Shown here: piece by piece, positions 49,201 through 60,492 of the stretch
Layout of the letters: the number at the start of each line of letters is the position of its first letter
How positions within the stretch are numbered: the stretch's first letter is position 1
Source of the DNA: Phoronis australis
Taxonomy: Eukaryota > Animalia > Phoronida
Direction: 5' to 3'
DNA: 63,450 nt
NCBI GenBank assembly: GCA_002633005.1
Contig: NMRA01000203.1
Span: forward strand, 3,852-67,301
Translations under genes and position numbers: made by a program
Notes under the pieces: generated by a model
Told to the model about the DNA's origin: nothing
The model's database searches: none
What the model saw: only the letters and a program-made list of their open reading frames with translations

Positions 49201-52200
49201 AATATTCTGGCACCCCCTAGGGGCAATTTTGGTTTTTTGCATCTAAGACTATATCTCCGTAGCCCTTTGAAGGATCTTTACGATATTTTTACGTTTGTTT
49301 CTATATCTTACGAATAGAAGCACAATGTTAACATCATTTTGCACTAATGAAAATTCACATTTTATAATCTTCATACATTGGTATTGGAAAGCTGCATTTC
49401 AGGAATAGAGTCCCACGGGGGCATTAATGTAATTCTACAAGGAGAACTGTTGTTTCATTAACAATAACACCACCTACTAAATTTTAAGTTGTTCATTCGG
49501 GCAGATTGATCCTGATTTCAGTTCGGAAGAGAGTGGCTGTGAACAGGAGGACCATCCTTCCGATGACCGTCCTTCCAGCGGGAGAAGAAAAAGATCTGTA
49601 AAAACTGTGAATGGGGTCAAAGTTGATCTTGTACCTCCTGACAAGAATCTAAGGAAGGCTGAGAAACGAGCCGCTAGATATACTAAAGAAAATAGGGTAA
49701 ATGAAAGTAAATAAGAAATTTGTATTTAAGCTGTAGCTGACTTAAAACTAAGAGTTAGATTGGATAAAGTTTGTGAGATGTACATTTGTACTGAATGTAC
49801 TATCATATTATTATAAACATCAGTTAAAAAACCTGATTGCTAGTCTCAGTATTTTGTATGAATGGTTGATTGGCTATGACCTAATGTTTGAAAGTTTATA
49901 ATTTTGTAAAAGGGTCCTTTGAAATCATTTCATGTGTTTGCGAACTGAATAATAATTATTTAACTAGCAAGTAAGTTTTTCTGATTAGAATTGACCAAAA
50001 CAAGGTTTTACTCATTGTTATTGACTGCTTTACTACATGATCCTGGGTTAAAATTATTCAAATGATGATTGTAATTATAGTTTTGTTGTTTACCTACCAG
50101 GCGGATGATGCAATTCGAGCATTTGTGCAGTGTACGGCGTTTGCCAGAATAGTGCATGGAGATAACCACTGGAAGTTGGCCAGGGCATTTGCCAATCTGG
50201 CACGTGCTTATCTCGACCTCAAGAGTGAGCATTCTTTTATTCAGTTTAAAACTTGCAGCTCAGAGTACAGTCAGAGTACAGTCACAGTGCAAGCAGAGTA
50301 CAGTCACAGTGCCAAGTTTTCTCCTGAATTGAGTACCCCAACTTACACACAAAAACTGACCTTGCATCAGCACCTCAGTTGTACAGACATGATTCCTGAG
50401 TGGAAATTAACATGCATCTCAGGGGGGAGGGAGTATTACTGTGCAGGAGAAACTCAGTTGAGACCTAAGGTGGTTACTTTGTTTAATTGAAAGAGGCCCC
50501 ATGCCATGATACAGAGAGGCACTATTACCTAAAGTAGCTCCAAAGGACGCAGAAGAAAATTTGGCCATCAACTTACAATTAACTATTACATAATGAAGCA
50601 TTCATTGTTACAAATGCTGTGCTGAGCAACACTTGCTTCTTTGCTCATTTGAACTTTGGTTTACATTAAAAATTCTCCTGACTAGTTTGGGACGGTGAAA
50701 AACTATTTTACTAACGGTTGGACCTTGTACCAAGTTTTATAAATGGTCAATAATGGTACGATCGTCTCAGCTAGCAGAACTCAATCCATGAAGGGATATA
50801 TGTATTGTGTCATGTCTTGAAATTGAGGTTTACCAGTTGGTGAAATTTGTCAAGACAGGTTTAGACCTGTGTTGATTTTAAGTCTTCAAGTTTTCAAAGC
50901 ATTTTCTTGTTTTTGACATTTTTGCTGCATATGCTACCTGAAATCTAGATCTTAGAGAACTTGAGATGATTAAATGCTAAAAACAATCATTACTGATCAA
51001 AGCCTTGCCCTCAGCAAATGTTTTCCAAATGAATAGGTATTGACAAATTATCATTTCTAATTGCAGAAATGTCTGAGATCGAATCAATTTATTTTCAGGT
51101 AATAAGACCGCTGGTCTATATTATGAAGCATTGCATATTAACAATTAATATACACAAAATGTGAATGATCAAGACTCATCAGATAATTTATGAGCGATGA
51201 ATGAGTTGTCATTTGACCGTGAGAGTAAGCTGCTTTATTATTTGTTTCAGATTATCTGCCTCAGGCCCAGCATCATGCTGAGAATGCACGCAACATAATG
51301 TTATCCTGTTCCTCATTGTCAGAACTACCAAAGGAAAAAAGTCAGATCTATCTCGTTCTCATTACTCTCTACCACACATTGGGCAGATCCTGCACTGCGC
51401 AGAAAAAGTATCCTTTCCTGTAGCTTTGGCAATGTGGGTAAATAATGACCAAATAAAATCTGTCCTTAAAATCAACATTTTATTTCGAATTATTTAGTGG
51501 TGTTGGAAAGATAGGCGTTCTACTGTAACAGTTATTCTGTTGCTAAAGTTGTGGTGGGATCTTTCGCGTTGGCTCTCCATGCCATGAAATATTGCGTCAC
51601 TATTGGCCTATTTCTTTTTTCGCCAATTCTTCAATCAAGTGTTCTTCTATTCACGAGGTTGCATACATGTCACAACAAATCATTGGAACTGGTTTAATTT
51701 CGTTACAAGTTTTTAGTTTTTTAGTATCCGGCAAAGGGAATTTCAGACCAAATTTTGCTGTTGTGAAGCTGACATTATGTCCTGAGAGATATCCCAAAAA
51801 TTAGGAAACGGCACGTGGGCATGTCATGAGCGTACTATTTTCAAAGTGACGATAGACTTTTCTTTGTTACAAAAGGTAGAAAATTATGCAAGAAAATGTT
51901 GTTTTATTATAATTAGATTGTTGCAACAAGCAAGGTTAGTGTCAGTTGATTCCTAGATTGTTGCAACAAGCAAGGTGAGTGTCAGTTGATTCCTAGATTG
52001 TTGCAACAAGCAAGGTGAGTGTCAGTTGATTCCTAGATTGTTGCAACAAGCAAGGTGAGTGTCAGTTGATTCCTAGATTTTGCAAACACCCCCTCCGGTC
52101 GTTATCTCTACATGTTGATTATAAGTTTCACGAAGAGGTGACGAGCATAACTACCCGGAGTTTCGGGGTCTTACGGAGCTCAACACACTGTGGTACCTGG

Positions 52201-55200
52201 CTGTATCGTGGCGATGGTCTTCATGCTTCTAGCTGGTGGCTACCTTTCCTGTTGTCACAGAAAGACATTTTTTCAGTATAGTGGTATCTAGTTATGTGAG
52301 ACTGACAATGTGCAAGCGACATTGAATGGAATTGTAAGTCATTTCCTAAAGTGCATCCATGTACAATTTATTAATTTTTTTATAGAATGCCATTACATGC
52401 TTTGGTAGTGGTTTTTAAATTTCATTTGCTTTTTTGTTGATGAGAGTGTAAATTAAAAAGCTTCTTTATCCTTCACTGACATCACTAGATATCCAGAAGC
52501 TGAGATGGCCCTAGAAAAAGCAGAACAAATTTGTGATAAAAGGTCAAAGTTAAGCTGTGTGTCTTCAGATGAAAGTGATGAGCTGGAGATTAAACTGCGA
52601 ATGGCACAGGGAAGGTTAGTACAACTTGTAGTGTAGTAATTCCACAGGGAAGGTTAGTACAACTTGTAGTGTAGTAATTCCACAGGGAAGGTTAGTACAA
52701 CTTGTAGTGTAGTAATTCCACAGGGAAGGCTAGTACAACTTGTATTGTAGTAATTCCACAGGGAAGGTTAGTACAACTTGTAGTGTAGTAATTCCACAGG
52801 GAAGGTTAGTACAACTTGTAGTGTAGTAATTCCACAGGGAAGGTTAGTACAACTTGTAGTGTAGTAATTCCACAGGGAAGGTTAGTACAACTTGTAATTC
52901 GTGTAGTAATTCCTTGCCATTAACTTGTTCTATTACAATTGTTCGTTTTTGGGACTTTTTTTGAGTTGTGTTTCTGGGAGGAGTAGCTTCAGGTTGTCAA
53001 CCTAGTATGAGTTACATGATACCAACAGATGTCACTCAGGAATTGCAAGTCGGCTGATTTTCCATATCACAATTACAGCCTCGGAATACTTTAACAAATT
53101 ATCTCTGTAACTAGCAGTTATGGATATATTTTCAAATATTTTTTACTTTTCCTAATGTGAAATTTAGTCATTATTTAGATACAGTAGTGTGGAGCATATT
53201 AAAGATCACATTTCTGACTTAAATCTCACATCGCTTTTCTTGAAACGGATCCCACATTTTTCAAGCAAAAACTTCTCATTGTCTCACTGAAATTTGACAT
53301 GGTTTGGATTATATTAATGTGCCGTGTTTCATGCCAAACCACTATCTGAGCAAACAAGAGCAATAATTATGAAATTATGAAATGTAAAATATACAATTAA
53401 TGTAAAATAACTAATATAAGATCATGAAACATGTTCATTTGACTGGGGGGTACATAATATTGAAAAGGTCTTCATACACAGTCGACGAATTACGTACCAG
53501 TTAACATTTTAGGCTATGGGGGCTCTACAAACTAATGATGTGAATGGGTTGGACTTGTGATGTCATCCTTATAGGCTGTAGGGACATCTCTTGGTTGTCT
53601 CGTTTGCTTGTAGTGCTCTGCAAAGCCTTAGGTATCTGGCAAGGCATATTGACCGATGTCTCTATTCATGCAGGAGGCACCTTTTTATGGGATAAGCTTC
53701 CCAGATCCATCTTATACTTCTGGTAAATTGTGTGGCAGGATTTTACAATTGTCTCAGTCAATTACATGATTGAAATGCATTGCGTGATCAGTAACCCCGG
53801 AGCTGTGATATATGGCCTGAGATGCACGTTTCTGATTGCGAGTGTAGGGATGATGTTCCCTACTATTACGTAATCTTTAATGTTCAGGGCAAGTTGCGAG
53901 TCTTCTGCCAGTTTCACTTTACTGATACATTTACTGTAACAAATAGCGCACTGTATCCGATATACTTTCACAGTGTTTACACATGTACAAGAAACTTACT
54001 GAGCATTCTAACTGGTTTGGCTACTGTGGGAGTACCTGTGTCCTGTCTTCCAGACTGGCTGCCAAACAGCAGAGATTTGCTCCTGCTGCCATCTATTTTG
54101 AGAAGGCGCTGGAGTTGATTGAACGACAGCATGGCAGTGATAGCGTAGAGCTGATCCCTGTCTATCAGAATCTTGGCAAGGTGGAACAAAGCAAAGGGGA
54201 ACATGCTAATCAGGAGAAGGCCATTGAAATGTTTCTGCAAGCGCACTCAATAGCCGGGGCAAAGTGAGTACTGCTATGTGAATGTAATTACCAGAGAACA
54301 AGTTGCATGAAACTACCATTGTGTCACATTCCCTGCAGTAACTCTGTACTCACTGCCTTGTTTTTGTTGTTTGCATGCTACTTGTAAAATTAAATGAAAT
54401 ACATTAGGTATTGGGAATTTATGTCAGGAGTTTCAGTTTTTATTATTAGCGCTTCGAGAATTTTCAGACAAAAGGTATCCCGTTCGAAATACCTATCGAT
54501 GGTATTGTCGACGATGTCTGTCTGTTATAATAAGGCATTATCACCACTGCACTATGAGATGTGGCTGCTTCGGTCCACATGTGCTCATGGTCTTGGTAAA
54601 TAATAATATTACTTGTTCATCCTGCGGTTAGCTAGTAATTATTACATTTGTCCGCAGTTACAGTGATGGAACAATAGAGCTGGCTGATACAGCACACTCC
54701 TTAGCTCAGGCTTACTCTAATACTGGGGAGGAAGACGGAGAAAGTACGTAGTACATTTTATATACGATATTTAATTGTTCTCTGACTGGCAAATTGTCAT
54801 TTTGCATAAAACTTGACTAGGTCAACAATTTGTGGTAAATCTAATGTATTCTTTTTGATGATCACCTGCTTGGACATGTCTGTAGTTGAATGTTATTCCT
54901 TGAAAAAAAGATGTCCTTTGACTAAAATAAAACTGCTAATTCAGAGTAATCCAAACTTACCTGTGGTGATGTCCTAATTTTCAAACCACATAAGTGTAGA
55001 TCTCATCTTTAAAAGAGAGCAGATGCTCAGTAATGTTTGATTATCTGGAGTAATGTTTAAAATACAAGAGGGTTTCTTTTATTTATAGCAACTGGTGAAA
55101 GCTATCTGAATGAATGTCTCACGACATATCTGACAATCTATGGGCCGAACCATGAACAAACCCTGGGCATACAGAATGAACTAGCTCACGTCATGGCTAG

Positions 55201-58200
55201 AACAGATCGATCTGAGGTGGGTAAAATGACCAGTCTTTAATTTTACAGTTAGGTTATCAACACTGTTGCTGCTATATATTTAAGAACTCGTCGATGGCTT
55301 CACATATTAAAGCAAACTGGAAAACTTGACTGCATATACAGCATTATCATGAAAATCTATTCTCAGTTGATTTTGGTTTGATGGTTTATAGTTTTGTGAC
55401 TATATGTGGAGCCTCATTAACCACACACAAGTTGTGGAGTAGTATCGTTTGAGCTCTATAAAGTCTGCTATAACGTCTGCTATTTCTACAGTACCTTAAA
55501 ACCTACTATTAAAGAGTAAATTTTAGCAAAGGGTCAGAAACTAGGTTATGACAATGTCCATCATGATTTTCATTGCCATGGTTATCAGTACCTCATTAAG
55601 GAGTAGGGTTACACTGGAATTACCTCAGTTCTAATAGAAGTAGTTGTGCGTTTATTCCGTGTCCTATAAAATACAAAACTAAAATTCCAATATTGAATTC
55701 GGGAAGGCCCTGTGAAGGACATTACAGCCCTCTGACCCCAGTGCAAAAAGGTGCATTTGTCATTGTTGATGGTTTAATGCATGGATTTCTGTGCTAATTG
55801 TACGCACGAAAGTCGGCAAAAGGTCGGGCAAACACAACTTAGATACCCTTATTCACAAATGAGCTGTCTGAAATCATAGTTCTTGTATGTAGTGCTGTTG
55901 CTGTAAACTTATTACAGTTGCGTTACCCATTGACGTTTTGATACAATGTTGTTGCAGGAAGCCATTTCAATGCTGAAGTCTACAATCAAACCCAAAGGTG
56001 AAGTGTTTGGTGAAATCTCTGGTGAGGTGGCTGAGACACACAAACTGATTGGTTCATTACACTTATCAAGTGGCAATCAAGAAACAGCATTAAAGTCTTT
56101 TAATAAGGTGAATATTGTTAATTTAGTTGTTTTGTTTGTGAAACAGTACATTTCAGTAGATGGTTAGTGTTCAGATATTGATAACACTTTTGTCTAAACG
56201 TAGTTTGCTATTCCATGTACTGATTACAGATTGCCCACTGTCTCTTGTTTGTAAAACTTTTGAAGACATGACAGTTTTAGTCTGTTTAGGTTAACTAAAG
56301 TGTTTAATTTGGCTATACTGGTTAGAATGCCATGATCCCTCCATAAGTTCGTAGTAAAATTAATTTGGATGGTGTGGCTTAGTCAACACTGTATAAATGG
56401 GTGAACTATTTATCATGATTCAGGGGATTGTACATCAGGCAACAATGTTGTGTCTTAACCAATTATATTGCTTCTTGGCCAGGGTATTATAGTAAAAACT
56501 TCATTTCAAAAACATAATACAAACAGATGTTTCTATAAGAGCATCATCATACAAAAGAAAAGAAAGTGTCAATGAATTGGCATCAAATAATCAAGTGACT
56601 TGTGCATTGAGTTGCTTTGCAAGCGTTGCCTGATGGTACTCTTACGTAAGAGTGAAACATTTGTAGTGGAATGAGTGTTCATTATCCGACTCCGTCAATA
56701 ATTGTGAGTGATGGTAAGTTACCGGTTTGGAGTTTGGTGAACCCTTTGATTGTATAGCTTTAGGGTCTGACTCGGTCCCTTCCTGTCATTCCCCATCATG
56801 TGGTAGTCAGGAGAGACACCTACTGGCTGTCACGTGAAGCTAGGGTTGTAGATAGCAGGCAGGTCATAACCCTTATCCCTATTAAGAGAGGGCTTCCACC
56901 ACCTGATCTTGACAGACTCACGTATTTTGCGGCTCCAGAATTTGTCCTCCCTAGCCAGGATAGTCACATGGTCAGTGGTAATGTTGTGAATGGTTGACAC
57001 ACAGTGGTCTCCCACTGCTGTGAGAGTTGCAAGGTTTTTACATAATTTGTTCATTCACTCTGGTGCCTTAATTATATCTCCCCAATATATGATGCTGGGC
57101 ATTCCAGGCACTTAGATCACACCACATGTTTTGAAGTCAGATGTTATGTCCTTAGGGTGTACTTCCTGATGGTGTTAATCACTTTGTGGTAGGTACCCAC
57201 TCCATGACTGATGAAAATCTTAGTGAATTTCTGTCTGGAAGTCCTCTCATGTATAGGGGGACACTAACGCTATCCTTGCCAACACTACGTCTAGAGTGGT
57301 CATGTGATCTGAAACACCAATCCTTGTAATCATTGTCCCTAAGGGCTCCTTTGGTGTGTGCTCGCTTTTGGTGTTTCTCTTTTTTTTTCCGTGACTTCGT
57401 TCTCAACTCTGGTCTGACAACAGTTTGTTTATGCTGTTGATGATGATTTGAATCGAAATTCAAATATGGATCAGTATGTGTGGGTTTTCTGTAGATAGTG
57501 ATGTTGACACTACCACGATCCTTGATGTTGACACTACCATAATCCTTGATGTTCATGCAAGTGTCCAAGAAAGGTAGGTGACCGATTAACACCATCAGGA
57601 GCTTACTTGTTCACCCTAAGGACAAAACATTTTGACTTCAGAAATGTGGTGTGATTTAAGAAATATTCAATTGCCCGGAAAGCCTGACATCATACGTTGG
57701 AAAGACTTCACGTAGTTTAGGCACCAAAGTGAAAGAACACATTTTGTAAAAATCTTCAGTTGGTACTATCGCAGCGTTGGAAGACCACTGTGTGTCACCC
57801 CTTCACAACATTACCCCCGATGATGTGGCTATCCTGGCCAGGGAGGACAAGTTCTGGAGCCGCAAAATATTCGAGTGTGTCAAGATTAGGTGGGGGAAGC
57901 TCTCCGTTAATAGGGATAGGGGTTATGACCTGCCTACCATCTACATTTCCCTAGCTTCACGTGACCGCTAGTAGGTGTTTCACCTGGCTACTACATGAGA
58001 GGGAAGGCTGGGAAATTTAGACCTACGTCAGTCAGCACTGAAGAAGGGCCCGATTAGGATCCGAAAGCAACGCAATCCAAATGCTTAACAGACTCTGAAC
58101 AGGTAACTTGCCATCACTCATGAAACATTCCTATTTTGTTTTTAAAGTGTGAAGTTTTCTGTAACTATGGTGATTGTAAGAATTTTGATAAATAAATTTT

Positions 58201-60110
58201 TAGTTAACCTTAGGTGCCATATACTGATTTTTTGGATTTTAGCTTTTCAAAATGGCTTATTTTTCATTGTTTGTTCTGTCTTCTAATGCACTGTCTTGCC
58301 AATAGGCAATTATGTTTGTAACTAGTATTATTTTGCACATTCTGTCGTTGCTTGTGTTCATAGTTTTGTCCTGCTTCAGCTTGTTGCAATGTATTAATTT
58401 CTTAAATATACTTTCACCTTTTCACAAACATTTTGCAGTGTTTGGAGATGCAACGTCTTGTTTTTGGTTCAAATCATAAGAAGACCAAAGATACACAGAA
58501 AACTATTGACCTTCTCATGTCGTAAGTCTTTTTCTCTCTTCATCTATAGTGCCTTCTAAATATAACAAAGTCTCAAAACTTTTCTAGTTGGGGACAGATC
58601 TTGAGACCAACCAGAAAACAGAAAAAAACAATCGTTCACTCTTTATAGATGAAGTTTTGTGCAGTTTAATGATCTGCAAAGAAAACTTAGAGAAGGTAAC
58701 AAAAGTTGTGGAGTAGCAGTGGAGATTGGAAGATAATTTCTGGTGTAAAATTCTCTTTGACTGACAAATATATTATTCACTACATCTGTTGTTTTTAACG
58801 AGTAGAGAACTTGTTTGTTGTTGGTGTTCTGTGTTCCAAACCTGTCAAAAAGACACTGAAAGCAAAGGAAAAAGTCAATTGATAAAGGAACAAGTCATTA
58901 ATGTAACAGGCAAGACAGTTTTCTCAAACAGGCGAAGTGACTTTTTAGATACTAGGTAGTTTATCAAACAGACGATGTGACTTTTCAAACAAACACATTA
59001 CTTCTACAAAGTCATATGATAAACAGACAAGTGATAACAACTAGACAGACGTGTGATTTAAAGAGGCACAAACTCAATCTACAAGGCAGACGTGTGATGT
59101 CGACAGATGTGACAACTGTTAGACTGATTTTAAGTCTGCCTGTCTTCTTTAAGAAAACGTCAGATTTCTCTTTGTCATGTCTGCAGCCATCTTTAGATCA
59201 AAATTTGAAAGCGTCTTGGATTTCTGATTTTGTTTGACACATTCGATATTAAGTTACAGATGGTACCATGGTCTAAATGCCAGTTGATTAGGGCTTACAC
59301 ATTCCTGGGCAGGTCGTGGTTCGTTCTGAATTGCTGTGAATAGCAGGACTTTCCATGTTGGCACTCTCTAGAGTAATGAGGGCACGAAAATGACTTATGG
59401 TTGATCCCTACTCAGATTTGGTGGACAGAAATTCAATTACTTAATTGTGGTTCATAAAGTTAAGAGCAGAGGCATAAATTCCACTGTCAGTCTCTTCCAT
59501 TATTTAGTGGATTTTAGTTCACTAATTTATTTTAACTTTTAGACGCGGCTGGGATTGAAATTCACTCACTTTATCAGCCGCAGCCACTGGCTTTGTCTTC
59601 ATCGAAGTGGGAAATGGTGGAACATGAAATCATCCATTGATATTTCAAAAGTTTTTCCTTTTTTCATAAGGCATAAATACATCCCACCGTACAGCAGTGA
59701 AAGTTTGTTGGCATTATAATAGCAGGAAAGGTGTTAAGATGCTGTCTATACCAGTATGTTGAAACCTTCCGTGCGCATTACATGTGACCTGTAGGTGGTG
59801 CTGAATGCTTGTTCATCAAACACATGATTGCTGTCTGGTGGGTTTGTGAATTTCAATATGGCACAGCTATTTCGAAAATCTGCTATTCATACTGACACAC
59901 GCTGTATATCAGTCTTTACTTATGATATTTGTTGTTTTATCATTTTGATGTATTTGTTCATCACTACATTAATCCTCATTTTCCAGGAACCCTTCTTTAG
60001 CGTCCCGTCAACCAAAATCCAAGACCACACAACTGTCAACAAGACCCAGGTTCTCATCCATTGTCAATAGACAGTCACTGACTGGAGGGTTCAAGTCAAC
60101 ATGGACATGA
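46252..60110 (+). CDS. TTC23: Tetratricopeptide repeat protein 23 family (TTC23/TTC23L-like), 498 aa
   Basis: Exons 46252-46385, 49522-49696, 50101-50224, 51251-51407, 52489-52614, 54054-54263, 54658-54743, 55089-55216, 55958-56107, 58439-58521 and 59987-60110 total 1497 nt in frame. Family-typical peptide VQCTAFARIVHGDNHWKLARAFANLARAYLDLKNYLPQAQHHAENAR plus TPR helices. The start codon could lie further upstream (the exon opens at 46237). Confidence 0.88.
46690..49455 (+). mobile_element. Nested HINE/DINE-1-like (Helentron-associated) elements with degenerate tandem core units
   Basis: Outer start TTTTATGTACCCACATAT...ATATGGGTGCAT (hairpin), followed by CCGTAGCTGTATCTGTCTGG short repeats. 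An inner copy starts TTTTTTATGCGCCC (47062) and ends GGGCGCATTTCAACGCTTGTT (about 48702), forming a subterminal inverted repeat. Repeated GATTTTCATGAAATT and CCMTCTAGTGG units. Confidence 0.6.
51408..52488 (+). other. U12-type GT-AG intron in the TTC23-like gene
   Basis: 5' site GTATCCTTT at 51408. Branch-like TCCTTCAC at 52469-52476, then TGACATCACTAG. The phase-2 join gives AQKKYPEAE. Confidence 0.9.
51914..52080. repeat. 40-bp tandem repeat, 4 copies, inside the U12 intron
   Basis: Unit TAGATTGTTGCAACAAGCAAGGTGAGTGTCAGTTGATTCC. Confidence 0.94.
52605..52912 (+). repeat. 38-bp tandem repeat, 8 copies, spanning an exon-intron boundary
   Basis: Unit CACAGGGAAG|GTTAGTACAACTTGTAGTGTAGTAATTC; the first copy contains the real donor at 52614/52615. 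Confidence 0.95.
56706..57590 (-). mobile_element. Penelope-like retroelement 3' fragment (RT thumb + GIY-YIG endonuclease), degenerate
   Basis: LPFLD...VNITIYRKPTHTDPYLNFDSNH (PLE RT C-terminus) and TAVGDHC...HNITTDHVTILARE...RKIRESVKIR...PSLNRDKGYDLPAIY (GIY-YIG C-terminus), with frameshifts. Confidence 0.88.
57588..58121 (+). mobile_element. Second Penelope-like fragment (GIY-YIG region and 3' end), inverted relative to the first
   Basis: LVHPKDKT, SYVGKTSRSLGTKVKEH and HNITPDDVAILAREDKFWSRKIFECVKIR...NRDRGYDLPTIY; reverse-complement similarity to 56706-57180. Confidence 0.85.
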
Positions 60111-60173
60111 TCGCTACAAAGTTTAAGTTGTTCATATCTACATGTAGCCACACTGATATGACTTCAACATCCA

Positions 60174-60492
60174 CGGTCATACCTTGTATACTGTGCACAT
60201 TGCCTCGGTCATACCTTGTATACTGTGCTCATTGCCTCGGTCATACCTTGTATACTGTGCACATTGTCACGGTCATACCTTGTATACTGTGCACATTGCC
60301 TCGGTCATACCTTGTATACTGTGCACATTGCCACGGTCATACCTTGTATACTGTGCACATTGCCTCGGTCATACCTTGTATACTGTGCACATTGCCTCGG
60401 TCATACTTTGTATACTGTGCACATTGCCTCGGTCATACTTTGTATATTGTGCACATTGTCACGGTCACACCTTGTATACTGTGCACATTGTC
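60174..60492. repeat. 32-bp tandem repeat, about 10 copies, just after the TTC23-like stop codon
   Basis: Unit CGGTCATACCTTGTATACTGTGCACATTGCCT; it explains three repetitive ORFs. Confidence 0.95.
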
